Part shown: positions 1 to 7,949 of the stretch, in pieces
How the letters are laid out: every line of letters starts with the position of its first letter
How positions within the stretch are numbered: the first letter of the stretch is position 1
Assembly: GCA_036149055.1 (NCBI GenBank)
Contig: JAYZQJ010000277.1
Coordinates: 1-33,560, forward strand
Direction: 5' to 3'
DNA from: Myxococcota bacterium
GTDB lineage: Bacteria > Myxococcota_A > Polyangia > Polyangiales > Sandaracinaceae
DNA length: 33,560 nt
Made by a program: the position numbers and the translations under genes
Notes under the pieces: model-generated
Seen by the model: the letters and a program-made list of their open reading frames with translations, nothing else
What the model was told of the DNA's origin: nothing
The model's database searches: none

Positions 1-127
1 GCCCCCAGCGCCCCGTCGCTGGGGTCGCGGCGCGAGCGCGAAGCGCGAGGCGCCGGCGGAGTCGGGAGGGGGGCCCCATTGGCGCTTTGCCCAATGGGGG
101 GAGGGTTTGCACCAAACCCTCCAAAAA
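1..127. repeat. Multi-hairpin intergenic element (REP/MITE-like), probably truncated by the window start
   Basis: Four adjacent inverted repeats: CCCCAGCG 3-10/17-24; CGGCGC 28-33/50-55 with inner GCGC-GAA-GCGC; CCCCATTGG 74-82/91-99; GGAGGGTTTG 100-109/113-122, then AAAAA. Repeat nature is inferred; only one copy is seen in this window. Confidence 0.5.
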
Positions 128-130
128 CTC

Positions 131-1123
131 TCAGCGGTAGGCGGGGGGCGGCGCCGGCAGGCCCGCCTCGGTCTCGTCCGCCCGGGCGAGGCTGAAGTTG
201 TGCGCCGTCGCCTCCTGCTGCTCGCGCACCAGGGCCCGGCTGCGCCGGTGCGCCTCGAGCTCCGCGAGCGCGCTCGCAAAGCGGGGCTCGGGGACGAGTC
301 GGATGGCCGCGCGGAGGGCGCGGGCCGCGGCCTCGAAGCGGCGCGCCGCGGGGATGGTCGCGTCGAAGCGCCGGGCGAGGCCGAGGTCGTAGAGCACCAC
401 CGCGCGCTGCGCCGCCGGCAGCGCCTCGAAGGCGTCGCTCCGGACGAAGCGCTCCAGGCGCGCGCGGCCTTCGCTCCAGGAGCCCTCGGCGATGTGCGCG
501 AGCGCGGCGCGCACCGCGGGCGCGTCCACCGGGTGGAGCTCCACGGTGACCGGCTCCGGCCGCTGATCGAGCAGCGCCAGCGCGCTCTCCTCCACCCGCT
601 CGAGCACCCGGAGCCGCATGCCGAGCACGTCCATGCCCGACTCCTCCTCCTCGACCCGCTCGCGCTGCAGGAGCCGCCCGCTCCGCGCGTCCCGCACGGT
701 GAGCACGAGCTCGACCCGCACCACCGGCACGTCCTCCACGTACGGGCGCCGCGACTCGATGCACCCGAGCGGGCCGCAGTCGAGGGTGTCCCGCCGCATC
801 CAGGCGGGCCGGTCGCGGCGCGACATGGTCAGCGAGACGTGCACGAGCCCGGTCGCGCGGTGGAGGCGGCCGGCCGACCGCATCGCGTCGACCTCGGTCG
901 GGGCGAGGCGGCGCACCGCGGAGCGGCCCACCGCGAGGTGTCGGGCCATCGCGTCGGCGAGCCGCGCGGCCTCGGGCGCGTCGTCCGCCGTGACGAGGAT
1001 GCGGGGGAACGCCCGCACGGGCACCCGCGCCGGCTGCACGATCTCGCCGCGCACACTCAGCGCACCGCTGCATCCACCGAGGAAGAGCAGCAGCCCGATC
1101 AGCTGGCCCGTCACGCCCCGCAC
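131..1123 (-). CDS. Hypothetical lipoprotein with a helical (TPR-like) C-terminal half
   Basis: Signal peptide/lipobox LLLFLGGC; strong GC3 codon bias; TPR-like segment AVVLYDLGLARRF; TATGCT 6 nt upstream of the GTG. Confidence 0.7.
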   Translation of the reverse strand: MRGVTGQLIGLLLFLGGCSGALSVRGEIVQPARVPVRAFPRILVTADDAPEAARLADAMARHLAVGRSAVRRLAPTEVDAMRSAGRLHRATGLVHVSLTMSRRDRPAWMRRDTLDCGPLGCIESRRPYVEDVPVVRVELVLTVRDARSGRLLQRERVEEEESGMDVLGMRLRVLERVEESALALLDQRPEPVTVELHPVDAPAVRAALAHIAEGSWSEGRARLERFVRSDAFEALPAAQRAVVLYDLGLARRFDATIPAARRFEAAARALRAAIRLVPEPRFASALAELEAHRRSRALVREQQEATAHNFSLARADETEAGLPAPPPAYR

Positions 1124-1154
1124 CTCTCCAGCATAGGGCCGTTCGGCCCGGGCT

Positions 1155-2339
1155 TCACAGGCGCGACTGCGGGAAGGCCTGCACGTCCTCGATGTGCGCC
1201 GCGCCGGTCACCAGCATCACGAGCCGATCGACCCCGAGCGCGTTGCCGCCGCTCGGCGGGATGCCCTCTTCGAGCGCGGCGAGGAAGCGCTCGTCGATGG
1301 GGTAGTCGTCGAGGCCGAGCCGCCGCCGCTCCGAGCGGTCTCGCTCCAGGCGGGCCCGCTGCTCGGCGGGATCGGTCAGCTCGCCGAACCCGTTGCAGAG
1401 CTCCAGGCCGTCCACGTAGGCCTCGATGCGGTCCGCCCAGCCGTCCTCGCGGATGCGGGCGAGCGAGGCCATCGAGGCGGGCCAGTGGGTCAGGAACACG
1501 GGCTTCGGGTGACCGAGCTGCGGCTCGATCGCCTCCACCAGCACGCGGAAGAAGCGCTCTTCGTCGGGGAGCACCTCGTCGAGAGAGACCCCGGCCAGCG
1601 TCGAGAACGCCTCCTCGACCGTGAGGCGCGGCCAGGGCGGCGCCAGATCGATCTCGCGCCCTCGCGCCGGCACCCGGGTGTGCCCGTGGACCGCGCGCGC
1701 CGCCGCCGCGGCCAGCGCCTCGGTGTCGGCCATCATCTCCTCGGCGCCCGCGAACGCCCGGTACCACTCGAGCATGGTGAACTCGGGCTCGTGGCTCGCG
1801 CCCCGCTCGTCGCGCCGGAAGCACCGGGCGAGCTGGTAGAGGCGCGGCGCGCCGCCGGCGAGGAGGCGCTTCATCTGGTACTCGGGGCTCGTGATCAGCC
1901 AGCGCGGCGCGCCGAGGCCCCGCACCTCGAAGGCGGCCAGGTGGAGGTCGAGCCCCGGGCTCGGCACCGCCAGCGGCGTCTCGACCTCGAGGAAGCCCTC
2001 GCCGTCGAGCCAGCGGCGCAGGGCCCGCAGGATCGTGGCGCGCGACCGGAGGTTCTCGAGCACGTTCGACGGGCCCTGGAACCGCATCGCCTCGCCGCCG
2101 GGGACCGGGAAGCGGGCGGGCGCGGTCAGGACCTCGTAGGCGCAGTCGACGAGGGCCTCGGCGTCGGGCCTGCCGGAGGCGACGACCCAGGCGCCGAGGG
2201 GGGGGAGGGCGGCCCCCCGGGTCTGGCGCGGCCCGTGCTCGGTGAGGATCACCGCGCCCGCGTCGTCGACGTCGATGACGCGGCCGCGCGCGGCGCTCGT
2301 CTCGTGGGGCCCTTCGGGCGGGGGCACGGGCACGGGCAC
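1155..2339 (-). CDS. epmA: EF-P lysine aminoacylase EpmA (GenX/PoxA)
   Basis: Class II LysRS catalytic-like motifs GFLEVETP, LITSPEYQMKRLLAGG, FRRDE..HEPEFTMLEWYR, ELCNGFGELTDP, IDERFLAALEEGIPPSGGNALGVDRLVM; directly downstream of efp. Start is one of the GTGs at 2339/2333/2327 (the ORF-track start at 2426 overlaps efp). Confidence 0.92.
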   Translation of the reverse strand: MPVPVPPPEGPHETSAARGRVIDVDDAGAVILTEHGPRQTRGAALPPLGAWVVASGRPDAEALVDCAYEVLTAPARFPVPGGEAMRFQGPSNVLENLRSRATILRALRRWLDGEGFLEVETPLAVPSPGLDLHLAAFEVRGLGAPRWLITSPEYQMKRLLAGGAPRLYQLARCFRRDERGASHEPEFTMLEWYRAFAGAEEMMADTEALAAAAARAVHGHTRVPARGREIDLAPPWPRLTVEEAFSTLAGVSLDEVLPDEERFFRVLVEAIEPQLGHPKPVFLTHWPASMASLARIREDGWADRIEAYVDGLELCNGFGELTDPAEQRARLERDRSERRRLGLDDYPIDERFLAALEEGIPPSGGNALGVDRLVMLVTGAAHIEDVQAFPQSRL

Positions 2340-2367
2340 GGGAAGAAGCAGCCGGGCTTCGCCCTGG

Positions 2368-2931
2368 CTACTTCTTGACGCGCTCCACGTACTCGCCGGT
2401 GCGCGTGTCGATCTTGAGCACGTCACCGATGTTCACGAAGATCGGCACGTTGATCGTCTTGCCGGTCGTCACGGTGGCGGGCTTGGTGATGTTCGACGAG
2501 GTGTCGCCCTTGAAGCCGGGCTCGGTCTCGGTGACCTCGAGCTCGACGAAGGTGGGCGGCGTGACGCCGATCGGCTTGTCGGCGAAGAACAGCACGTCGA
2601 CCATCATGCCGTCCTGGAGGTAGTCGGGCGTGTCGCCGAGCTCGTCCTTGCCCAGGTGCAGCTGCGAGTAGGTGGTCGTGTCCATGAACACCCACCGGTC
2701 GGCGTCCGGGTAGAGGTACTGCATCTGGCGCTCCTCCATGTCCGCCTTCTCGAGCTTCTCGCCGCTCTTGAAGGTCTTCTCGAGGACCGCCCCGGTGATC
2801 ATGTTCTTCAGCTTCGTGCGCGTGAACGCCTGACCCTTGCCGGGCTTGACGAACTGATGGTCCACCACCGTGTAGGGGTGGCCGTCGATCACGATCTTGA
2901 GGTTCTTGCGGATGTCGGAGGTGTCGTACAT
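2368..2931 (-). CDS. efp: Translation elongation factor P
   Basis: HQFVKPGKGQAFTRTKLKN with the modifiable Lys in PGKG; TEPGFKGDTSS; KIDTRTGEYVERV; 187 aa. Confidence 0.98.
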   Translation of the reverse strand: MYDTSDIRKNLKIVIDGHPYTVVDHQFVKPGKGQAFTRTKLKNMITGAVLEKTFKSGEKLEKADMEERQMQYLYPDADRWVFMDTTTYSQLHLGKDELGDTPDYLQDGMMVDVLFFADKPIGVTPPTFVELEVTETEPGFKGDTSSNITKPATVTTGKTINVPIFVNIGDVLKIDTRTGEYVERVKK

Positions 2932-2949
2932 CGGGGGTCCCGTGAGGCC

Positions 2950-3387
2950 TTACTCGGCCGAGATGCGCTGGTTGTAGATGACGTTCTCGGAGGGCTCCAC
3001 CACGTTGCCGTTCCGCTCCGCGGTCACGATGACGACGAAGCGGCTCATCGGCGTGGTGGCCGTCGCGCGGGCGGTGCGCGAGTCGGGATCGTACTCGAGG
3101 AGGCTCGCCTTGGTGCTCTGGCCGCGCGCGTCGCGGAACCACATCACGAAGGTGCTCAGCCCGCTGCCCAGCCGCTCCGGCGGGGTGAGGTGTCGGAGCG
3201 ACGCGGTGACGAGCCGGTTGCCGCCTTCGATGCGCTCGACCTGGATTCGCCCCTCGGCGCCGGGATCGCGCTGGGTGCCCACGACGTCGTAGGCCCACGA
3301 GCCCCCGCCGCAGCCGGGCGCCAGGAGGCCGATGGAGGCGAGCGCCAGCGCGCCGAACAGGAGACGGACGACCAGGTTTCGATGCAT
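2950..3387 (-). CDS. Hypothetical lipoprotein (possible RskA-C-like beta-sandwich)
   Basis: Lipobox LAPGC; SD GAGGAG upstream; FVMWF and IVTAE...EPS pattern reminiscent of the RskA C-terminal domain (by eye); 18 nt from efp, likely co-transcribed. Confidence 0.75.
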   Translation of the reverse strand: MHRNLVVRLLFGALALASIGLLAPGCGGGSWAYDVVGTQRDPGAEGRIQVERIEGGNRLVTASLRHLTPPERLGSGLSTFVMWFRDARGQSTKASLLEYDPDSRTARATATTPMSRFVVIVTAERNGNVVEPSENVIYNQRISAE

Positions 3388-3413
3388 TGCTGCTCCTCTC
3401 GGGATCCGGCCCG

Positions 3414-3442
3414 CTTGTAGGCCGGGGGCTGGGAACCGTCAA
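3414..3442 (-). promoter_or_regulatory. Sigma70-type promoter for the lipoprotein-efp-epmA unit
   Basis: Minus strand TTGACG (3442-3437), 17-nt spacer, TACAAG (3419-3414). Confidence 0.6.
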
Positions 3443-3501
3443 GCACGGCGCCGCCCAGCTTCGACGCGCGGCCCGCCGGCATGTTTCACCGGGTCGTGTG
3501 C

Positions 3502-3530
3502 TTGCCCGAGCCGGCCCGACGGAGTACGCC
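3502..3530 (+). promoter_or_regulatory. Divergent sigma70-type promoter, probably giving a leaderless mRNA
   Basis: TTGCCC (3502-3507), 17 nt, TACGCC (3525-3530), 8 nt, ATG 3539. Confidence 0.4.
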
Positions 3531-3538
3531 GCCCCGTC

Positions 3539-4429
3539 ATGCGTGAGGTCGACGAGGAGATCCGCGAGATCAAGAAGGAGATCATCGAGTCTCGCGGGCT
3601 CATCATCAAGACGAACAACCTCACGAACGCGCTCGCCGCGGACATCAAGTCGATCGCCAAGCGCCAGGCCGGCTACGAGCGCCGCTTCGTCTGGAACAGC
3701 TGGATCGCCTACATCCTCTTCGCGAGCCTCTCGTTCGTCGGGCTCTGGCTGGCCACGAACTACCGCATCGCGGAGATCGAGGGCGAGAAGGAGCGCCTCG
3801 ACGCGGATCTCGACGAGGTGCGCCGCGAGCTGAACGAGGCGAGCGCCCAGGCCGAGCGCCGGGCCCGCGCGGAGACCGCGGCCGCCCAGTTCTACCGGCT
3901 GATCCGCGAGCGCCGCCGCACCGAGGTCGTCGAGCGCTGGCCGGAGCTCCGCCGCGAGCAGCTCACCCGCGCGGAGGCGGCGTTCTTCCGGGACACGGTG
4001 GACCGCTTCCACCTCGATCTGTCGCTCGAGGCCTACCAGCACGGCCTCGATCTGATGCGCACCGGCCGCTACGCCGAGGCCGCCGAGGCCCTCCAGGAGG
4101 CCATCCGCCTCAAGGAGGAGGCGGCCCACATCCCGCGCGTGAAGTACGAGCTGGCCCGCGCGCTCATGCGCCTCAGCCGCCAGCCGGAGGCCCGGGTGCT
4201 CGCCCAGCAGGTGGTCGACCAGACCATCGACCGCGAGCTCCAGGACGACGCGCTCCTCCTCTACGCGGCCGCGAGCGAGGACCTCGAGGACATCGACCAG
4301 GCCCGCAACGCGCTCCGCACCTTCCTCCGCCGCTGGCCCCGCGCCGCCGAGGCCGTGTCCGTGCGCCGCCACCTCGCCGACCTCAACCGTCGCGTCATGC
4401 GCGGTCAGGTCGGCGCCCGCCGCGAGTAG
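3539..4429 (+). CDS. Membrane-anchored coiled-coil/TPR protein (YbgF/CpoB-like C-terminus)
   Basis: Biased coding starts at ATG 3539 (MREVDEEI); N-terminal coiled coil; TM WIAYILFASLSFVGLWLA; TPRs AYQHGLDLMRTGRYAEAAEAL, VKYELARALMRL, ARNALRTFLRRWP. Confidence 0.8.
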   Translation: MREVDEEIREIKKEIIESRGLIIKTNNLTNALAADIKSIAKRQAGYERRFVWNSWIAYILFASLSFVGLWLATNYRIAEIEGEKERLDADLDEVRRELNEASAQAERRARAETAAAQFYRLIRERRRTEVVERWPELRREQLTRAEAAFFRDTVDRFHLDLSLEAYQHGLDLMRTGRYAEAAEALQEAIRLKEEAAHIPRVKYELARALMRLSRQPEARVLAQQVVDQTIDRELQDDALLLYAAASEDLEDIDQARNALRTFLRRWPRAAEAVSVRRHLADLNRRVMRGQVGARRE

Positions 4430-4647
4430 CCTCTCGCCTGCCACCGCGTCGGAGCTTCCCATTCCCCGGAAGCGAGGAAGGTCGGAAGGGAGGAAGAGAG
4501 GCAGGCCCTGCCCACGCCGTGGCGGCGGCTGACGTCCGGCCGGCGGGGTCTAGGTAAGGGATGTCCCCGACCGGTCCTCGTCACCTTGCGTGGGGGTGAC
4601 AGCTGGAGGCCGATGATGGGAGGATCCGGCCGGGGGACAAGGGAGTG

Positions 4648-5574
4648 ATGGACATGGCTCGACCCCGCGTGGCGTTCGTCGGATCGGGAGGCGCGACCAA
4701 AGGGCTCGCCCACATCGGCGCCATCAAGGCGATGGAAGAGCTCGGGCTGCGGCCGGACATCTTCGTGGGCGCGTCGGCCGGCGCGATCGCCGGCGCCTTC
4801 CTCGCCCAGGGCGTCACCGCCGACGAGATGATCGACTGGATGCGGCCCACCTGGCGGCGCCAGGACCCGAAGACCGCGCTCAAGGGGCGCTACTTCCTGG
4901 GGCTCCCCACCCGGGAGCAGCTGACCAGCCCGGGCTGGCTGACCAGCGGCCTGCTCTCGATCGATCGCTTCGAGCGCTTCCTGGCGAAGCGCCTCCCGGT
5001 CAACGACTTCCGGCAGCTCGACCGGCCGCTGATGATCAGCGCCGCCGACGTGGACGGGCGGGGCCGGGTCGTGTTCGGGCAGGGCTACCGCGAGCGGGTC
5101 CCCATCAGCCAGGCGGTCGCGGCGAGCTGCTGCGTGCCGCTCCTCTTCCGGCCGTACAAGATCGGCGACCGCTACTACATCGACGGTGAGGTCGTGCGCA
5201 CCCTGAGCATCGATCTGGCGGTCGAGGCGGGCGCGGACGTGATCGTCGTCTCGAACGTGTACCGGCCGCACGTGACCCGTCCCGGCGAGCGGTCCCTGGT
5301 GCACGGCGGCGCGCCGTCGATGCTCAACCAGACCCTCAACGTCATGCTCTCCGAGAAGGAGAAGCGGGGCATCGACCTCATCCACAAGCTCTACCCGCAC
5401 GTCACCATCCTGAACGTGTCGGCGGACCTCGGGCACTTCTCGTTCGTGCGCCGCGGCAACGCCCGGCAGCTGCTCACCCGAGGCTACCGCGAGGCGCTCC
5501 GGGTGCTCGCCGCCGCCAAGCAGCGCGGCCTCTTCGACGTGCGCTCCAACGTGCACACCGTCGGCGAGGCGTGA
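4648..5574 (+). CDS. Patatin-like phospholipase
   Basis: GSGGATKGLAHIG oxyanion loop, GASAG nucleophile, ASCCVP, YIDGE catalytic Asp; start 4648 or 4654. Confidence 0.92.
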   Translation: MDMARPRVAFVGSGGATKGLAHIGAIKAMEELGLRPDIFVGASAGAIAGAFLAQGVTADEMIDWMRPTWRRQDPKTALKGRYFLGLPTREQLTSPGWLTSGLLSIDRFERFLAKRLPVNDFRQLDRPLMISAADVDGRGRVVFGQGYRERVPISQAVAASCCVPLLFRPYKIGDRYYIDGEVVRTLSIDLAVEAGADVIVVSNVYRPHVTRPGERSLVHGGAPSMLNQTLNVMLSEKEKRGIDLIHKLYPHVTILNVSADLGHFSFVRRGNARQLLTRGYREALRVLAAAKQRGLFDVRSNVHTVGEA

Positions 5575-5581
5575 GGGAGTC

Positions 5582-6172
5582 TCAGCCGCAGAGCTCGCGG
5601 AGGCGGGCGTGGCCGTCGCGGAAGACCGGCCAGCCGTCGCCGACCAGCACCGCCTCGACCATCTTGTAGTCCAGCAGGCCGCGGACCGAGGCGCGCGCCG
5701 CCTCGGGGTCCGAGAGCTTCGCGTCCGGGAGCAGGTTCAGCCGGCCGCCGTGGTGGCCGCGGATCAGGTCGCCGCAGAAGAGCGTGGTGCCCTCGAGCAG
5801 GAGCGCGAGCTCGCCCGGGGTCTTGCTGCCCTCGAGCGCGATCGCGTAGAGGCCGGGGGCGATCTCGTCGCCGGTGTCGACCCAGCGGTGCGCCTCGAAC
5901 GCGCCTCGTTCGGCGCGAGGGCCGACGATCTCGGCGCCCCAGCGAGCCGCGAGCGCGGCCGCGTCCCGGGTGTGATCGGAGTTGGTCACGACGACGTGCG
6001 AGACCGGGCCGTGCGCCTCGATCTGGGCGGCGTCGTGCTCGGAGAGCGGGAGGGGATCGATCAGCACCCCGGGGCCGCCGGCGCGGAGCCAGGCCCAGCC
6101 GTGGAAGTCGACGTTGCGCGCCTCGTCGAAGCGGGACCACCCGAACACGTCGGGGCGATGCGCGTTCTTCAC
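5582..6172 (-). CDS. Metallo-beta-lactamase-fold protein (degenerate metal motif)
   Basis: VLIDP, VVVTNSDH, GSKTPGELAL, LFCGDL, VLVGDG; GTG start at 6172 overlaps the cutA stop (GTGA), preceded by SD GGAGG. Confidence 0.8.
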   Translation of the reverse strand: MKNAHRPDVFGWSRFDEARNVDFHGWAWLRAGGPGVLIDPLPLSEHDAAQIEAHGPVSHVVVTNSDHTRDAAALAARWGAEIVGPRAERGAFEAHRWVDTGDEIAPGLYAIALEGSKTPGELALLLEGTTLFCGDLIRGHHGGRLNLLPDAKLSDPEAARASVRGLLDYKMVEAVLVGDGWPVFRDGHARLRELCG

Positions 6173-6498
6173 GCCCCCTCCTCGGTCTGCGCGGCGAGCC
6201 ACGCGAGGTAGGGCGCCGAGCCGGCCGTGATCGGCAGCGCGACGATCTCCGGCACGTCGTAGGGGTGCTGCTCCGAGAGCCACGCCTCGAGCGCGTCGAA
6301 GCGGCGGCGCCGGCTCTTGATCAGCAGCTGCACCTCCGCGTCGTCGTTCACCTCGCCCTTCCACGAGTAGAAGCTCCGGAGACCCGGGACGAGGTTGACG
6401 CAGGCCGCGAGCTTCGCGTCGACGAGCCCGCGCGCCAGCGACGCGCCGACCTCTTCGTTCGGCGCGGTGCACAGGACGAGAATCGCGTCATCCACCAT
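6169..6498 (-). CDS. cutA: Divalent-cation tolerance protein CutA
   Basis: LAACVN, SFYSWKG, E..LLIKS, HPYDVPEIVALPI..G..YLAWL; ATG at 6498; 109 aa (C-terminal part of ORF 6169..7842). Confidence 0.93.
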   Translation of the reverse strand: MVDDAILVLCTAPNEEVGASLARGLVDAKLAACVNLVPGLRSFYSWKGEVNDDAEVQLLIKSRRRRFDALEAWLSEQHPYDVPEIVALPITAGSAPYLAWLAAQTEEGA

Positions 6499-6527
6499 GC
6501 GGCGGAACCTATCCCAAGTCGCGTCGG

Positions 6528-7142
6528 CTACCACGCCACGATTCGTGGATCGCGCCCCGGCCGCACCACGAGGTGCCCGCGGAGGTGCCAGCCGAGCAGG
6601 GTGCGGAGCGCCGCGCGGCCGGGCTCTCGGATGGGCACCTCGACCACCAGATCGGTGGGGCGCACGTCCTCGGGCATGTCCCGCTCCCAGTGGCGGGCCG
6701 CGCGCTGCACCTCGAGGTGCTCCAGATCGACCAGCTCGGCCACCCGCACGTCGGCCGGCAGCACGGAGCGCCGGGCGTAGATGAGCAGCCGCTGGATGAC
6801 GGTGGCCCGGGGCTGGACGGAGCGTCGGCTCCGCCTGGCGTTCGACACCACGACCTCGTCGGCGAGGAGCTGCTCGAGCTCGCGCTCGTCGGCGTCCCGG
6901 ACGGCCCTCAGGAGCGACGGCAGCAGGCGCCGCGCCTGGTCTTCGCCGCCCGACGCCGCCAGCGCCACCGTGGTCCCGGTCTCGCCGTAGGCGGCCTCGG
7001 GCGGCGGCGTGTAGGGGAGGGGATCGCGATCGGTGGCCGGCAGGCCGTCGCTCGCGGCGCGCGCGCTCGGCCCTCGGTCGCCCGGCGCGGTCGGCGCGGG
7101 TCCACAGGCGAGCAGCAGCAGGGCGAGCGGCGCGAGACGCAC
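6528..7142 (-). CDS. Hypothetical lipoprotein
   Basis: MRLAPLALLLLAC lipobox; GC3 bias; TAACCT 6 nt upstream of the GTG. Confidence 0.75.
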   Translation of the reverse strand: MRLAPLALLLLACGPAPTAPGDRGPSARAASDGLPATDRDPLPYTPPPEAAYGETGTTVALAASGGEDQARRLLPSLLRAVRDADERELEQLLADEVVVSNARRSRRSVQPRATVIQRLLIYARRSVLPADVRVAELVDLEHLEVQRAARHWERDMPEDVRPTDLVVEVPIREPGRAALRTLLGWHLRGHLVVRPGRDPRIVAW

Positions 7143-7151
7143 GCGCGGAGG

Positions 7152-7949
7152 TTACAGGTTCTGCGTGGAGACGCTCAGGTTCCGGTCGACGATGAGCAGC
7201 GAGCCGTCCGGCACCGTCGCGTAGCCCGACGGCGCGGTCTCGCCGTCGCTGAAGACCAGCACGTAGCGGAAGGCGCCGGCCCCCTTGGTCGTCGGGCCCT
7301 CGCCCGGCAGCCCGGTGCGCTCGGCATAGAAGAGCGGCCGCCCGCGCCGGAGCGCGTACATGTGGCGCCCGTTGGTGAGCACGATGTTGAGGGTGGGCGC
7401 GGGGGCGCCGACCTCGGCGCAGAGCCGGTCGAGCAAGGCCACGGTGGAGCGGAGCGCGCCCACCACCACCTTGTCCTCGGTGTCCGGGTGGTCGAGCTGC
7501 CCCTGGTCGTGGAGGAAGGCGAGGAGCGCGTGGAAGACGTGCTCGCTGTCGGTCCCGCCGCGGATCCCGCGCCGGAGGAAGTCCGGCATGTTCTCGAGCA
7601 GCTGCTCCCGGATCGCGTCGAAGCCGCTCACCGTGCCGTTGTGCGCGAAGAGCCACTGGCGCATCCGGAAGGGGTGCGTGTTGTCGGCCCGGAAGTCGCC
7701 CACGGTGGCGTGCCGGAAGTGGATCACGACCGCGTCCGAGCGGACGCCGCGCGCCACGTTCTCCCAGTCGATCGGGCCCTCGTCGAGCTTGGGGCGCTTC
7801 TTGTGGAGCACCTCGCCGCCCTGATAGAAGCCGATGCCCCACGCGTGAGGCTTGAAGTCCGGGGGCGGCGCGATGGCCTCGCGCTCCTCGTCCAGGACGT
7901 CGCCGAGGCGATCGGTTCGATTCGCCATGTAGCCGAGTAGCCGTCCCAT
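7152..7949 (-). CDS. Class II glutamine amidotransferase-fold protein (YafJ/EgtC-like) with Cys1 replaced by Gly
   Basis: MGRLLG start after SD GGAGG; WGIGFY, HFRHAT.G, NTHPF, WLFAHNG, GGTDSEHVF, LNIVLTNG. Confidence 0.88.
   Translation of the reverse strand: MGRLLGYMANRTDRLGDVLDEEREAIAPPPDFKPHAWGIGFYQGGEVLHKKRPKLDEGPIDWENVARGVRSDAVVIHFRHATVGDFRADNTHPFRMRQWLFAHNGTVSGFDAIREQLLENMPDFLRRGIRGGTDSEHVFHALLAFLHDQGQLDHPDTEDKVVVGALRSTVALLDRLCAEVGAPAPTLNIVLTNGRHMYALRRGRPLFYAERTGLPGEGPTTKGAGAFRYVLVFSDGETAPSGYATVPDGSLLIVDRNLSVSTQNL

Noticed and set aside
99..127. Intrinsic terminator for the 131..1123 gene
   Set aside because: On the minus strand the T run precedes the stem rather than following it.
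4436..4490. Cobalamin riboswitch (GCCAC..GGAAG resemblance)
   Set aside because: The conserved upstream core (GGGAA..GGTG..CCC..ACTGT) is absent and the downstream gene is unrelated.
6169..7842. 557-aa CutA fusion protein
   Set aside because: The extension overlaps two better genes in other frames; CutA homology and a -10 box begin at ATG 6498.
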